Source: Podarcis gaigeae (taxonomy: Eukaryota). From it: DNA of 64,000 nucleotides. Positions within the stretch are counted from its first letter, which is position 1, and every line of letters starts with the position of its first letter. A program made the translations under genes and the position numbers. Shown here piece by piece: positions 12,235 through 26,640 of this stretch. Under the pieces are notes generated by a model. That model did not search any database, was not told where the DNA came from, and saw only the letters and a list, made by a program, of their open reading frames with translations. The stretch lies in the NCBI GenBank assembly GCA_964106915.2, contig OZ066916.1, one strand, 5' to 3'.

Positions 12235-12640
12235 AAGAAGGGCTGTGGCTCAATGGCAGAGCATCTTCTTTGCATGCAGAAGGGCCCAGGTCCAGCCCCT
12301 CCCTGGCATTGGTTGGGATGCCCCCTCCCCGTCTGAAACCCAGGAGAGATGCTGCCAGTCATGTAGACAGTGCTAAGCTAGATGGATCCAGTGGTCGTGA
12401 CTCAGTAAGGCAGCTTATTAGGCTCCCCCGGACTGGGACGGGCTCTTCGTTGTCTTGGGTGGAGAAAGGTCTTGCCCATCCCTTCTCATCTTCTTGGAGG
12501 AGCACACACTCTGGATGACCAAGTTCCCAAATTCGGTCCTCAGCATCTCCAGGTAGGACTGGGAATACCTTCCCTTGCCTGAAACCCCGGAGAGGCTCTG
12601 CCACTCCACATAAACATTACTGAGCCAGGTGGAACAAACC
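12235..12640 (+). mobile_element. Two adjacent tRNA-derived squamate SINE copies
   Basis: gtggctcaatggcagagcatc...gcatgcagaagg head and cctgaaaccc(t)ggagag..gctgccagtc body repeated; related copies at about 42780-42900 (-) and 58210-58350 (+). Confidence 0.6.
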
Positions 12641-13123
12641 TCCGAAGAAATACAAACGTGTCCTGTGCTTCTCCTTTTAATTAGAGATCCTGGGGACTGA
12701 ACTCAAGAACGTCCGCATGCAAAGCTTGTGATTTTTGATAAGTTATGTTCTTTCGGCTTAACTAAGGGTGTGATCATATTGCCGCTTTAGAGCACAAAGA
12801 AGTTGCCCCCCCCCCCCCGGCAGCTAAGTGTTCGCACTTTGACTAGAGATAATTAGGAATGGTTCAAGGACTTGGCAGTTTGGATAGCGTTGTGTGAGCA
12901 GGGATTTAAAACACAGCGCAACAGAAATGCAGCGAGTGCACACAGCAAACAGGAGTTCTGGAAAAAAATTGCCTTGCAGTGTATCCAGTGTGTGATTTCA
13001 GACTATTTCCACCATCGTTTTAGAAGACGGGGTTGGTCCTCCAGATTTTGCTGTACTCTTAACTCCCAGCACCTCTGACCACTGGCCATGCTGGCTGGTG
13101 CTGATGAGGTTCATCATCTGGAG

Positions 13124-13381
13124 CCATGGCAGGCAAACTAAGGCCCGGGGACCGGATGCGGTCCAATCGCCTTCTCAATCCGGCCCGCAGACGGTCTGGG
13201 AATCAGCGTGTTTTTACATGAGTAGAATGTGTCCTTTTATTTCAAATGCATCTCTGGGTTATTTGTGGGGCATAGGAATTCGTTCATTCCCCCCCCCCCC
13301 AAAAAAATATATAGTCCAGCCCACCACATGGTTTGAGGGACGGTGGACCGGCCCACGGCTGAAAAAGGTTGCTGACCCCTG
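13124..13381. mobile_element. hAT MITE, family shared with 45877-46115
   Basis: 8-bp TSD atctggag/atgtggag (1 mismatch); end aaggttgctgacccctg; high similarity to the 45877 copy. Confidence 0.8.
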
Positions 13382-16300
13382 ATGTGGAGGTTCCCTATCT
13401 CTGCTTTAGAACTTGTACATTTGGCTCCTTTCATTTTTTCAGTGCCTGCATGAAGAGGAGTAGGATCATGTGTGAGGCCCCTGCTCCAGACTTCCACATG
13501 TTCTTCCAAAGGTCTGGATGGAACCTACATGCATAAGCTTTGGGGACTACCTCCTTTGCAAGGTCCCCAGTTTTTACAGCCTACCTGCTGGAGCAGAGAC
13601 ACCGGGTCTTGATCCTGATCTTTTCATGCTGGCCCCAAGATGTTGTGCATCCTGCAGCAGATCTCAACCCATTCATCTCCACCACTTTAAAATACTTGCT
13701 GCATCATTCAAACACCAATCGCCATTACACTGTTGCATGAGAGGTTGTTTCAGCCCCCTGCCCCGCAAGGTGTGCTCTGTGCTCCTCCACACCCACATCT
13801 CCAGTGAATGTTGCAAAAGGTCTCTCTGTCTTTCCCCAGTGTTGTATTTATACTCGCATGAACACCCTGCCAAGTCCTTTTCCCAGTCCAGGTATGATAG
13901 GCCGGTATATTTTTCACATGTCCTATGAGCATCTCTAAACCAGTGTGGACTTGGGAGTCCGAAGAATAGAATATATCCCTCTGCCCACAACAATAATAGT
14001 AATATTCTTGCAAATACTCCGGGTGACAGCAGGTGTGCTCCATCCCAAATTCTAGAACTACCCCCGCTCCTCTCTACTGAACTGGAAACATTGTGGGAAA
14101 TGCTAAGGAAGAATGGAGTGGAAAAGTGGACCAGTGTGTGGACCATAAGATAATTATCATTTGCAAGGATTTGTAGTAATGCTTCTTAGCATTTTCTGAT
14201 AGCGTTTAACAGTTCTACTGCACGGGGGTTCAGAGGGCTTCCAATAAAGTATCTTGTCCTCCTTACAACACCCCTGTGAGGTTGGCCGGTGTTGCCATGT
14301 TTCAGATGTCAGAGAGAGAAAGAGAATGAGAACCTATGGCCAGCTAGTAAATTCATGGCAGTAGTAAGATTCAAGATGGGGACTAACTGGTTTGTAGTTA
14401 GATTTTAGCCATGATGTTAAGGGCCACATTCCCTCTTGGGGAACTTTCCAGGGGCCACATGCCATTGGTGGACATGCCCAGGGGGCAAAGATGGGCAAAG
14501 CAGTACAGCAGACCACATCCCATCTCTTCAGAGGCTCCATCCACGTAAGCAAAAGGCATTTTCACAGTTCCAGCCAGGCGAAAGCACAGAGCAGGGCTGG
14601 TGAGAAATGTGGTCTGGAGAAGCTGGCATGGCCCAAGGAAAATTGATTTATATTTATCGGATTTGTATACCACCCTTTATCTGAAGATTTCAGGGCAGGA
14701 AGTAGGAGTCACCTGTGAGAGTGACAAGTGCTGCATAGATCCTATGGTGAGAATCTCTCTTCTCATTATAGTCTCTCCATACATCTGTGGATAGGGAATT
14801 TTGGAAATTGAACAGCCCAGATACTTTACTATTTTGATTTCTTGCCAGTTCTTAAAGTTTCGGGATAGTTTATGACATTTTAAAAACCAGCCTCAAAAAC
14901 CATGTGGATGATTCAGTGTTTTCTAAACTACCGGTAATAATGTCTGCTTCATCTAGGAGCAAGCAAGTTTTAAGTTCTCCCCATCCAGGTTGATCTCGCC
15001 CCTCCTTTGAAACCAATAAATGCTGTCCTCATTTTGCTTTTTTCAAATTCCGGGTAGGTGTGACTGAGCTTGTGCAGATGGGATTCAGGAAGGCCACATT
15101 TATGTTGCAAAGTTTCAGCCTTCAGTACGGTATAATGTGCTGGGACAATGACAGCTGCGTCCTGAGTATTGGGAGAAAGTACCTTTCTCTCTCTCCACAC
15201 CCCACCCCCAGCTTCTTCTTAATAGAAGGCTGCATAGTTTCCACAACTGGTGTTTCTGCGAGAGTGCTTATTAATCTAAACGTGCATGGCTGCAACTTGA
15301 AATTAGGGTATTAAAATGGGAGCTTCCCCTTGTTTGTAAGGACATAAAAGCCCTGCCTGCTTACAGGAGGTTGAGATAACTGAAGGGCATGAGGACTTAA
15401 CCTCGGTGCAGCTTTAAAGCATGAAACCAAATTTAGGATGCCCTTCTGCATGAAGAGACGTGGGAAAGAAATATATGGGGAATGGTGACACTTAGGGAGG
15501 GTTCTGCTGGGCTGCCCAACAGCTGAATCCCTATTTTAAGCTGTTTCCTTATTGTTAGTCCAGCCTAAAGTTGCTCCAGGGAGGCCAAGCAGATACAAAA
15601 TCCCCACCACCACGGCCAAAATGAAGAGGGAGAAAGAGGGTTTGTTAGGAGAGAGCTTGAACGATGTAAGAAGAAAGCCAGAACTGGGGAACCTGCTGAC
15701 TCCAACTCCCATAAGCCCCAGCCAGGATGGCCGGTGGTGAGGGATTATGGGAGCTGTAGTCCAGCAACATCTGGAGGGCCGCTGGACTGTGTTCTGACTG
15801 ACAAGAGCCATCATTTGACCCATTTCTTGTAGGCTGTCATTGTAGAACAACTTTCACTCTTGCCAACAATATCTTCAAGATGCCTAGCTATAACTTTCTT
15901 TATATGCATGATGCTTTCTTTCCTTGTGGGACCCTGAAGTGCCTTCTGTAGAACAGTAAATCTGAGAAAGATTTTGTTGTTGTTTTATGAGGCGTTTGGT
16001 ACCACTGGAATAACCCTGAATTTGCCTCTCTTTACAGGCCAGTAACATAATGAGGGAAACAGCTGGGCAAATGAAAATCTAGGTGAAACTAATTCCCAGT
16101 GGAGTTATTTATATGCTACTGAATTGAGGGGGTGGGAGTGACTTACAGTATCTGGGTTAAAAAAAAAAGGGGGCAAAAGGCAGATTCTGTTTAACAGCAG
16201 CTTATGTGTTTGTATATGGACTGCTGATTTCATGAAATCTCACAATTCCTCATAAAACGATCTGTTAAATTAAGTTTCTGCTTTTGAGAAACACTGCAGA

Positions 16301-17309
16301 GCAAGAGCTTCAGTAGATCTTTTTCATAGATTCTGCCGTGTGTAGCAATACAAAGTTATATACTTCCTAACTCAATTGATTTTGCAGCTCTGGGATTTGG
16401 GAGAGCAGAATCCTGCAGACATTAAAGGCAAAGAGTATATCAGATGTCGTGCTAAGCATTTAAACAGATGGAAATATAAGTTGCAAATTTACTTATTCTC
16501 TAGCCAAAATTATAGTAACCTGCCTCCGCTGTACATTTCAAAGCACAAGTAAACTGATGCTTTAGGGCCTCTAAAATGTTTGCTAGCTCCCAGTTTTCTA
16601 ATATTTCCAGGGAGGATTCTGAATTCTCTTAAATCTATCCTATGTTCTTATTCCTTTTAAAAAAAGGAAGGAAAATTGCATGGAAAAGGAGACTTATTGG
16701 ATGTGCTGTAAACAAACAAAAGTAAACCAGGTGGCTGATGGTTTTAGCTGGCTGGCAAATATCTGCATCTAATATTGCAGACAGTTTGGTTTTCAAAGCA
16801 TTTGGGATTACATACCTCTTGCAGCATTTCTGAGGGGCTGTGCGAATGGGTGGCAGGTGCTCAGAAATACTCCAGAGCTTCTTGTTTTCAGGGTGTGCTC
16901 ACAGTATCATTGTTTGCAAATTCAGGAATGTCTTGACTTTTGCAGCCCATTGCTTTTCAGGTTATGATCGCTTATGGGGTTATGATTGCTCAAATGTAAG
17001 CTCCCCTGTGTTCAATGGAGCTCACTCCCATAGTAAATGAAGTTATAATCTCAATCAGCAAATCACCAGCCAACTGGTGTTTCAAGGCATGTTTGGCAAC
17101 TTTCATATTAGCTCTGCTGGGCAACTGCTGCTGGATGAGAAAACTCCAGGGGAAACAGAGGGGCTGTCCTTTAAATTTGGCCTCCACAATCAAAATGCAA
17201 AAAGTGGAAGGAACCTGGGGGGGGGGGGCTTTGATAACTGAATCCCAGGAGGCTACTCCTAGAATATGACTCCTAGTAAATCTTTTTACTCTAATCCATC
17301 CCAGTGTTT

Positions 17310-17413
17310 ATAATGGGAAGTTTATAATGTTTGATGTTTTATCATGTTTTTAATATTCTGTTGGGAGCTGCCCAGAGTGGCTGGGGAAACCCAGTCAGAT
17401 GGGTAGGGTATAA

Positions 17414-17444
<31 letters not shown>
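17310..17444 (+). mobile_element. L2-type LINE 3' end with (TTA)n tail
   Basis: gggaagtttataatgtttgatg... matches the end of the 37690-37940 fragment; (TTA) tail. Confidence 0.65.
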
Positions 17445-17446
<2 letters not shown>

Positions 17447-18682
17447 GGCTACTAGTTTCACAACAGAGAAAGATTAAGAGGATACTAGGAGCAGATATTT
17501 GTCCTTTTCTCTTCGCCTGAGGAATATAATTCTGACATGGTTTATGACTTTGCATGTAACACATCCATGGCTGGCTTCTTCTGAGCACTGGAAGAAAAAT
17601 AAAGAGATGTTAAAAGTGTCAGAACTCTCATTTGTATAGTGACGATTTAACGTAGGAAATAGATTGTGATGATGATGTAAATACAAATTATGGAGAAAAT
17701 ACGGCTGTAAAGATGACCTAACCAAATGGACAGAATGCAAGATCTCTTTGTAGACAAAATACATGCAACCACTTTTGGAAAAAAAAATATTTATAAGACT
17801 ATTTTATTCTGTCTCTGAGCCCTCTCTATGTAGCTTACATCATTAGTTAAAAACAATGGGTTGTATTCAACAGTTGTTCTCCTCTGAAGGCTTCAGTCAC
17901 CAGAAGAAGAAGGAAAGCAATTTTCAGTGATTCCTCCTCTGTTGCCCCTGTGCTTCCCTAAATCTGCTCTGGAGGCTTGCCCCCCCCCCCCCCAATCCTC
18001 TGGAGCACATTTAGGAGGGGAATCATTGAAAATTGCTTTCCTAGTGATGGATGCCTTACTGTCAGCTGAGCGACACCATTGGATAGAATCCAATACAACT
18101 GACAAAATGTGAAGACTTCTCCCTCTTTAGCACAAACTCCCTCCATCTGTTCAGAAAAGCTGAGCAGCTATTTTTCGGGGGGACGGGGACGACTTAAAAG
18201 TATGTATTTTATCATACAGATTTTCAATGCAGCTGACAAAGTAGGCAGAACAGCAGTAACAACAACAATTAAAATACAGTCGCTACAAAAATCAAAGTCA
18301 TAAACAATAATAGCCGTTTTAAAAAGCAGCAACATGGTAACTAATAATTCTAAGGCCTGGGCAGTTAAAATAGTCTTACCTAAAACTTATTAGGCAAGAT
18401 ACCAGGAAAGTATCCCAAAGCTGAGGTACCACCATAGGAAAAGGTCCTTCTCCCTAGTCATCACTACCCGCTAAAGCTCTGGCAGCAGGGGTACCTAGAG
18501 AAAGGGCCTCTGTTGATAAAGCCACAGCCCTGCTCTATGGCGCTTTCTGCTATTTTTCTCCTTTCATAGCCAGTGCTGAGCTGAAAACATGCAGATCAAA
18601 TCCACTCTGAAGTTCCTGCGAAACAAACTATTTTGCCCCAACACCCAGAAGGAAGTACAGGGCACCATAAATGCAATTAAGA

Positions 18683-18808
18683 GCAGGGCTTTTTTTCAGC
18701 CGGAACTCAGTTTTGGCACCTCACAGGTAGGTGCTATGGCCGTTATAAGAGAACAAGGGAGGTGTCCATGGTGAGTTCCAGCACCTCTTTTTCTAGAAAA
18801 ATAGCACA
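18683..18808 (+). mobile_element. hAT-like MITE; reverse-oriented relative at 62923-63046
   Basis: cagggctttttttcagccggaactc...gttccagcacctctttttctagaaaaatagcac; reverse complement recurs at 62923. Confidence 0.65.
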
Positions 18809-18843
18809 GATTACATGCTACCTTGGCTCCAAGAACTGGATGA

Positions 18844-18891
<48 letters not shown>
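18844..18891. repeat. (GTT)n microsatellite
   Basis: Seen directly; source of the spurious poly-Q ORF. Confidence 0.95.
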
Positions 18892-18892
<1 letters not shown>

Positions 18893-20119
18893 CTGCCACT
18901 TTCCTCACAGTAGTGACCCAAAGTGACTTACAAACACAATATAAACATTCAAACCAATTATGGCAAACACAACAAATAAAACGATTATCTGATATTATCT
19001 AAGCCCCTCTTTGCCAGCCCTCCAAATTGTGAGCTGAGGGAGCTTTGCCACCATCACCAACCCCTACTGTCTGACATTGGGAAGGGTGAAACCTACGGGG
19101 ACCAAAGGACGCCTCCCTCCCCCCCTTTGAAAGGGTTGGGGGAAAGGGGTCTATTAGGCGGCACCCTATCACCCTGCTTGAGGGTGCTCACTGTGGCAGC
19201 AAATCAAATCAAATCAAATAAAAAACGTTTATTCGGCTTTACGCCCATCATGAAACACAACAGCCTGTTCCCTTTCCTCACCACTTGCTCATTGTGGCCA
19301 GATTCAAACATCAGGTAGCCAAGTAAATAAGCAATGAGACTAGAGAGCAATGAAGTAGAAAAACACACAAAGTACACCCTTGGGCAATCATGAGAGGCAT
19401 TTAAAAAAAAAACCTCTTAGCCAACACTAAATGGGCATTTCCCCAGTTCTTATTTGCCACTTTACTGCTAGAAGAACCAGACATAAATATCAAAAAGATG
19501 TCTTTTTGTACAAGTTATATATACCTGTTTTTAAAAAGCTGCCTTGGTTCTGGTTTGTGTGGTGGGCAGTCTTACTCCTAAACCAGCTCAGGCAGTGAAT
19601 ACCAACAAAATTTTGACCTACTTTGGGGGCCCATCTGAAACTTCTGCAAAGCATCTTTGCTATTTTGCCTCTAGTACCCACAGCTGCCAGTCTTGGTGAC
19701 TCACCCAAAAGTCTCACCCGATGACCAATAACTGAGGAATTCCTGCCTTAAAAAAAAAAAGGATATCTGGCAACCCAGTCTACCCTGGCATAAATTGTTA
19801 CTACATTTTGTTCTCTCACACCCTGTTTGGAATTCCAGGGACAAAAATGTCCTCGCTCGTTCTCCGGTGATGCATTCTGACACACAAATGACAGATGAGT
19901 GAGTGGGCGTTCTGCTCTGGAATTCCAAGTCTCCATTTTAATCCCAGGAATTGGGACATTATGGAGCCCTTATATACATATGTGCTGATTCAGTCACTTC
20001 AGTCTGTGGAAGTTGCACACCACACAGAGCTTGTTCCAAGTTTGTAAGGAGTCGTTCCTTTAGTGTGTGCTTTGGAACTCCCTGCCTGTTGACATTAGGG
20101 AGATACTATCCCTGTACAT

Positions 20120-20352
20120 GGGACACGGGTGGCGCTGTAGGTTAAACCACAGAGCCTTGGACTTGCTGATCAGAAGGTCGGCGGTTCGAATCCCCGCAAT
20201 GGGGTGAGCTCCCATTGCTCGGTCCCTGCTCCTGCCAACCTAGCAGTTCGAAAGCATGTCAAAGTGCAAGTAGATAAATAGGTATCTCTCTGGCGGGAAG
20301 GTAAACGGCACTTCCGTGCGCTGCTCTGGTTTCGCCAGAAGCGGCTTAGTCA
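20120..20352 (+). mobile_element. Sauria SINE, 3'-truncated
   Basis: gggacacgggtggcgctgtaggttaaacc...ggttcgaatccc head; ends abruptly at gcggcttagtca. Confidence 0.9.
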
Positions 20353-20460
20353 ATGATAGCACATCCTCTTTCAAGCCCTGTTCTTTAAGGAAATGCAGGC
20401 TGAATTTTTTTTAAAAAGGTATACACTGTCACTACTATGCCTTTGAAGCAAATGAAAGTG

Positions 20461-20699
20461 CAGTGGAACCTTGGTTGTCGAATGCTTCGGAAGTTGAACA
20501 TTTCAGCTTTCAAACGCCAGCAACCTGGAAGTGAATGCTTCCGTTTTCGTACACCTCAGAAGTCGAATGGCTTCCAAGGCGTGTTTCTCCATTTTTTCAA
20601 TGGATTTTGCTGACCAGCAGTTGCGCCTTGGTTGTTGAACGTTTTGGAAGTTGAACGGTCTTCTGGAATGGATTACATTTGACAACTGAGGTTCCACTA
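20461..20699. mobile_element. Tc1/mariner (Tigger-like) MITE
   Basis: TIRs cagtggaaccttggttgtc / gacaactgaggttccact. Confidence 0.75.
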
Positions 20700-23600
20700 T
20701 ATTACACTGCAGGTTTTGACTGATACTTTCAGGTCTCTTAGGAATGCAAGTGTTTTTCTGCATCTACAAAGAATAAAACTGTACATATTTTTATCTAGTC
20801 CTTTGGAATGGGCGCATGTTCCTCAGCAGTTCTTCACCTTTCCAGCATGAATTCCTCCCCCTGCCTCCCTTCCCTTCTAACACTCAACTGTGATTTATTA
20901 TGGCACCTTCATCAGAAGGAACCATGGTTTTCACTGACTTAGAGCTTGACGGAAGAGCCTGAAGTGTGTCTGCATGTCCTGGTTAAGAGGGACCTAGTTT
21001 GCGCCACCTCATTTAAGGCTGATGATGGAATAGAGGAGAATTTGTCGGTGGGGCAGGAAACAGAAGGAGCCATTCCTGAGGTTTGCTGCTGGTTTGCAAT
21101 CCCAGTTTATAACTGTTGTTCAGTATGCCTGACTTCTTCCTAATGAGCAATATCTGCTTACCTAAAGCTTGGTTAGTACTAATAAGAATTTGCCCTTTAT
21201 TTCCAAGGAGCAAAAGAGTTCTGGGGAGGAATGGTTTAAACATAATACTTGCTCAGGGGGAAACCATTGCGGCATGATATGACTTGTGAACCACAGTGGG
21301 GTTTCACCACTGGTGTATCTCTAGAAGGTCTGGAGAGAAATTTGATTCAGTTTTCATTTCTAGGTGAAGCTATCTAATTTGCACTTTGTGAAACAATATG
21401 CAAACCAAAACCCACCCGTCCTTGGAAATACGCACTTCTCTGAATTTTGCAATGCAGTTTCCAACCAAAGGAATGGGACTTCTTTGGTGAATCTAATGGA
21501 TGCTAGAACTTCTGTTCCTGTTGCTGCAACCAGATTAGCCTTAGTCTACTTCCTTCTTAACTTCACCATTATCCTTCTCAGATGTATTGAGCCAAGACGA
21601 TCAGCCCATTAGTCTCTGAGATCTCGGTTATTTTCTACTGTAGGAAACCATTCAGGCCAGGCCACTGAGACGTACTTCACCCAAGGCCACCTGGCTCACC
21701 AGGGCAGAAGCGTCAGAGGCATGCCAGTTTCCGTGAAACACAAAGGAACGATCTCACCCATGCTTCCTTGTGTTTTCCATTAAGACAATGGGTTGCAAAC
21801 ATTTGAAATTCATCAGCTGAGACGTGCTTTGGAGGTCTGTTCCTTGAGGTATTTAGAGCAGGCTCTAATGATGTAAAATATTTATTACGTGCCTGAAGCA
21901 TCTAGGCATGTACAAGATCTTTCTTATAAAAGAGGTCCCGTCCTCTGATGCCAAAATCTAACCGTTGCGCACTCCTGTGCATTTTCTCAGTGCCTTATAG
22001 CAGATGTAGGTATTTGTGGTGAAGATCCACAAGCTGAATGTACAATCACTGTATCCATATCTACAGACAAAATCAGCTATAAGAAGCACTGTGAGCGGAA
22101 TGGGGAATTGACTATTCATCCTTTTCTTCAGCAACTTCTGAAGCTACTCTTGGTTATGGCCGTATTATATAAACCTGTAGCTTTTGAGCTGCATGCAGGA
22201 GAACCTGGAGGTTCCTTGGAAGCTTGCCAAGGGATCCTTGAAGTCAGCTTGCTTGCCACTGCCCATCCATCCATCCAGTACAGGGTAGTGAGCTCCCTCT
22301 TAACTTGGGCAATGGCAGGTGCTCCCAGGATCTTCTCCAATAGATGAGTTCTGCAGACTATTTGGTGACGCAAAAGGAGTTCTACGAAGGTACAATGTCT
22401 TAAAACTTCTGATCTAAGTCGTGTCATGATGCCGTTCTCTTACAAGAACAAGCGGACTGCTTCTTCGGAACAAGGGCACAAAGATCTGCCAAGCAATGCA
22501 GGAATGTCATGATTAATCCTAAAAACGTCTCTCTAGCACAAACATGCCCAGTGATGCTTAAAAGAAGAAGAAGAAGTATTGGACCAAGAAGTCAGAAAAT
22601 GACAGCCCAACTTCAATTTCAGGTATAAACATCTCAGAAACAGCAGATGACTAATAACACTTTTGGAAGTTTATTCTACCGTACTGGCAGTTTTGTGCAA
22701 TACTGATGGGTAATTTTTCATTTATGCATAACTACATGCAGACTATCTTCTGGTAACATTTAAAGTTGTTGTTTTGTGGGTTTTGGCATTTTGTAAAATA
22801 GGGTCTAAGCACATTATATTTTAAAACAAAGAGCACTTTTGTTTTTTAAGACTGTTTGCCAGGGCCTCTTCCTGTTCTTCTTTCCCTGTATATACCCAGC
22901 TTTCATTTCACAAAGGCTAAGGCTGCAATGATACACTTCCAAGGGAGGGACAATTTGCGAGAGATTAAGGAAAGTATTTCATCCCTGCAGGTAGATAAGT
23001 TGTATCTTGGAGAATAGCAAGTCATGTTCTCAATTTGCATCCTTAGTAATTAGCCCTCCCTGGAATGAAGCCACAATAGGTTACTTTCAGTTTTTAGTAT
23101 TAACAGCATTGAACAAAATTGCTAATATATGTAGCTGTTTAATTTTTAGAGTAGTAGCATGTGAAAATTAATGGCACATCCACCCAGTATGTAAGTTCCC
23201 CTGTGTAGATTTTGCTGAGAACAACATTTGAATAGAAACAGCTTCTTACGAACCTCAATAGTGGAATCCATGGGTGGAATAGTGTGGAGTATGTGTGCAG
23301 AGAACACGTGTTTTAATGGTTTTATTGTATATCGCCTTGATATATTTTATGAGCTGGTGGTTTAGAAATATTCTTAAAAATAAACCAACTCTTTCCTCTT
23401 TTTCATATTGAGTTGCCTGGAAGCAAATACTGGAGCTGACTCAAAACCCAGGGGGTATTATGGGTATTTCCTGTTTGTGGGTTTCACCTGCTGTAAACCT
23501 GCAGCTATTTTGCATGTGCTGAAGAATGTGTCAGCTAAGCCAGGCATGCCTTGCCCAAACTCATGTCTACGGATATCATTGCATGTTGCTTCACAAAATT

Positions 23601-26600
23601 CTCTTCCTCCCAACAAAATATGAACCAGCTAGATAAATGGACGTCCCATATTGTTTTACTTGGAGATGCTTTTAAGGCTATTTGGGCTGCATGAATGTGA
23701 AAGGCATGTGCAAATTTTGTTCAGACATTACATGTATTATTTGCTACTGGTATCGATGCTTAAATACTGTAACGATAAATGAAGATTTGGAGGTGATCTG
23801 CATTTGAGCCCTGTCTTCCTACCGAAGAAACAACCCCCACCCCACTTGTATTTGTATATTCCTGTCTTAGCGAGAGAGGTTTTGAGAGGGCTCCTGCAGT
23901 ATGTGCTGCACATATTAATTACAATTCACTTCTGTTCTGGAGCCAATGAGCCGGATATCCTCTCTGAAGACTACATTTGGCTCTTGACTGGAAAAGTATT
24001 GCACTTTTACTAGTGCAAGCAGCACATTGTTTCAAGGGCATCACAATATCACAAGTCCTTTTTAGATTGGAACCCACTTATAAAACTGAATCATGAATTG
24101 TGCAGCCCACTCTCTTTCTCGCACTTGTTCACCACTCCTGCCACTAGACTGCCACCCCTGCAGGTTAGGGACATTAACTTTTAAAAATATTTATATTTTA
24201 TTAAGGTGATTTCAGTTAAAAGAAATAAAGTGATACAGGGGGGAAAAGAAGGAAAAGTGAGGAGAGGGGAAAAAACACAGAGATACATATAAAAATGAAA
24301 AAAATACAAAAAAAGAGCAATATACGATATTCCCATACATTATTGTATAAATTGGTATAGTGCTATTGTCCTAGTGCTTATGTAAATGCTAATAGCCTAA
24401 TAAGTTAGGGATATGAGCTTGTGGACAATCATCTTTATCCTGGGAGAAAATTAGCTTGTTCAGATTATGTGATTTTTAGAATAGCAAGGCTCCCATTTCT
24501 ATTGAGCAAGTCAGTCTAGCCGTAGGAGATCTAGGGCTTAATTGGCTGGCTATGTGCCAGTTCCAATATCCATTGGATGATCCTCCTGTTGAGAAGACAC
24601 AAACTACTACAAACTAAATGTGAAGGAATTCTATGAAATCTGGTTCGTCTGGGCAGAAGATTAGTACATATCTTATTCTTCATAAGGAACCTAAAAAAAA
24701 ACACCCACAAAAAACCCCTCATTTTAAGCACCTGAATTTTTTGACCTCCCACCCACCTAGCCTGCCAGTGGTGCTCTGTTGGGATTTTTGGTTGGTTGGT
24801 TTTCTTCTCAAGCTTTTCTTCCCAAGGGTGGCACGAGACATCATACTATTGTGTGTTTCTCATTTGTCTCGGGCACTCTTAAGTGTGGTGCCTTCCGTAC
24901 CATTTACTGCACTCAAATGCACTTGCCTACAGGGCAGCAAAGCCACGTCCACCTCACCTGGAAATGTCACACCTGTCTTCACTCTTACATCATGGCAATT
25001 TAATATCTCCATTGCTCTTCCATCTCCCCCACATCCCGCTTTGCATGACGTCCAGCTTAAGGAAGAGCTCTGGAGAAGATGAAAGCTTGCTCACTTAACT
25101 TGTGCCATTTTAGTTGGGCCTCATGGAGGCATTGCCTGACCGTGATTTTTAGATAATTATTTTTCCCAAGTAAACCAGCACAGCTGCCTACACCCCATGG
25201 TGCTAAAGGAGGTGAGTGGGACCCTCTTCCTGATTTTCTTGGCTTTCCTGTTCCTGCATGTGCCTCTTCCATGGCCCTTGAAGCATGTTATAGCCCCCAT
25301 TTTTAACATTGCTGTAGCATCTGCAAATGCTAAAATAGCTCCGTAACAAGGATGGATTAAATTTCCCATAGTGAATGGAGATTTAGGTTCTGGCAGCATA
25401 ATGTGTAACTGATCTTAGGCTTTATTTGAACCAAGTAGCCTTCAAAACATCCACTACTCAAGCCTGGAAACAAAATAGTTTTAATAGAGATGTGGATTTC
25501 CCCCGCCCCCGCCCTCCACATTTATTATTTTTTAGTTCAATTAGATAAGTCGCAATGAAGCATTCGTTTTGGGAGGAGGGAGAAATCTTTTCCTGCAGTG
25601 GGTAGATTTATGGGAACCTATCTATGGCGAAGAAGTATTGCCATTTTGCTACATTCCTAATGTTTGGGGCAATCAAGTTTAAATATATATATAATTTTCA
25701 GAGCGTAAAACATGTGAAGTTATAGCCTAGCTAAAATATAATTCAGTTAGTCAGTTAAACAATGATATATCATCAAGGAGCTTTGAACTATGGCCAGAGT
25801 GTACCAAGCATTTAAAAAACTGGTAACCACAGAGATATTTCTATAAGGAATGTTCACCTCATGGGGATTCTTTAAAGGTGCTTCATGTTGTTAGTTTCTT
25901 TCTTTCTCTTTTTTACAAAGTTATAGCTCTGCTTTATTGTACATGATGTCCTATAAAGAAGATCTATGTCTGCGATACCTCTTTGAAAGAGGACCACGGT
26001 GCTATCCGTTTAAAAGAGAACGCAGTCAAGCAATAAATTTAGGGGGCCATCTCTTTTCATATTGACTGTATCTGAGCCAGCAGTGGGTCTTTGATGTTGT
26101 AACAATAGCGCATAGACTGAGAGGAGTATTAGGGCTTGAACAATGTCGAAATGAAGCTGCATTCATTAGTTTCAAAGAGAGAGGCTTCTAATGTGTAGCA
26201 GAACTTTATTTCTGCATGCTTCCTTGCTTCTTGCAGGAAGAGATTGTGCGGCGTCTGTCATATAGTTTTTGTACAATTTCAGCCTGGAGTCTCTTGCGTT
26301 TATCATTTTTAATTATAAACCAGGTGCTGTGGAAACTTGCATTGTACACTAGGTGTTTTCCTAGTTACATAAAGGCATCAAGACATTTCTTTCACCCCAC
26401 GGGCCTCTCAAACCCACCAGCTTAGGCTACATAGCACAGAAGAAAACACTAACTGGTTCAGATAGTTTAGTGTCAGCAACATTTGAGAACTAGGCATGTT
26501 ATTAGTTTCACAGTCCAGCTAATTCTAGGCCTCAAATAGTCAGATGCTTATTAAAGACAATGTTGTTTTGTTCTCAGAAATTATTCTGAATAACCATCAG

Positions 26601-26640
26601 CATTCCTGGTAGTTCCCACGCTTTACATATTCCAGACTCG

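Noticed and set aside
18696-18908. Poly-Q ORF
   Set aside because: Translation of a (GTT)n microsatellite plus MITE sequence
21950-22620. Coding-like composition in intron 1 (possible antisense exon or pseudogene)
   Set aside because: Frames are short or interrupted and I recognise no protein family; a tblastx search would settle it
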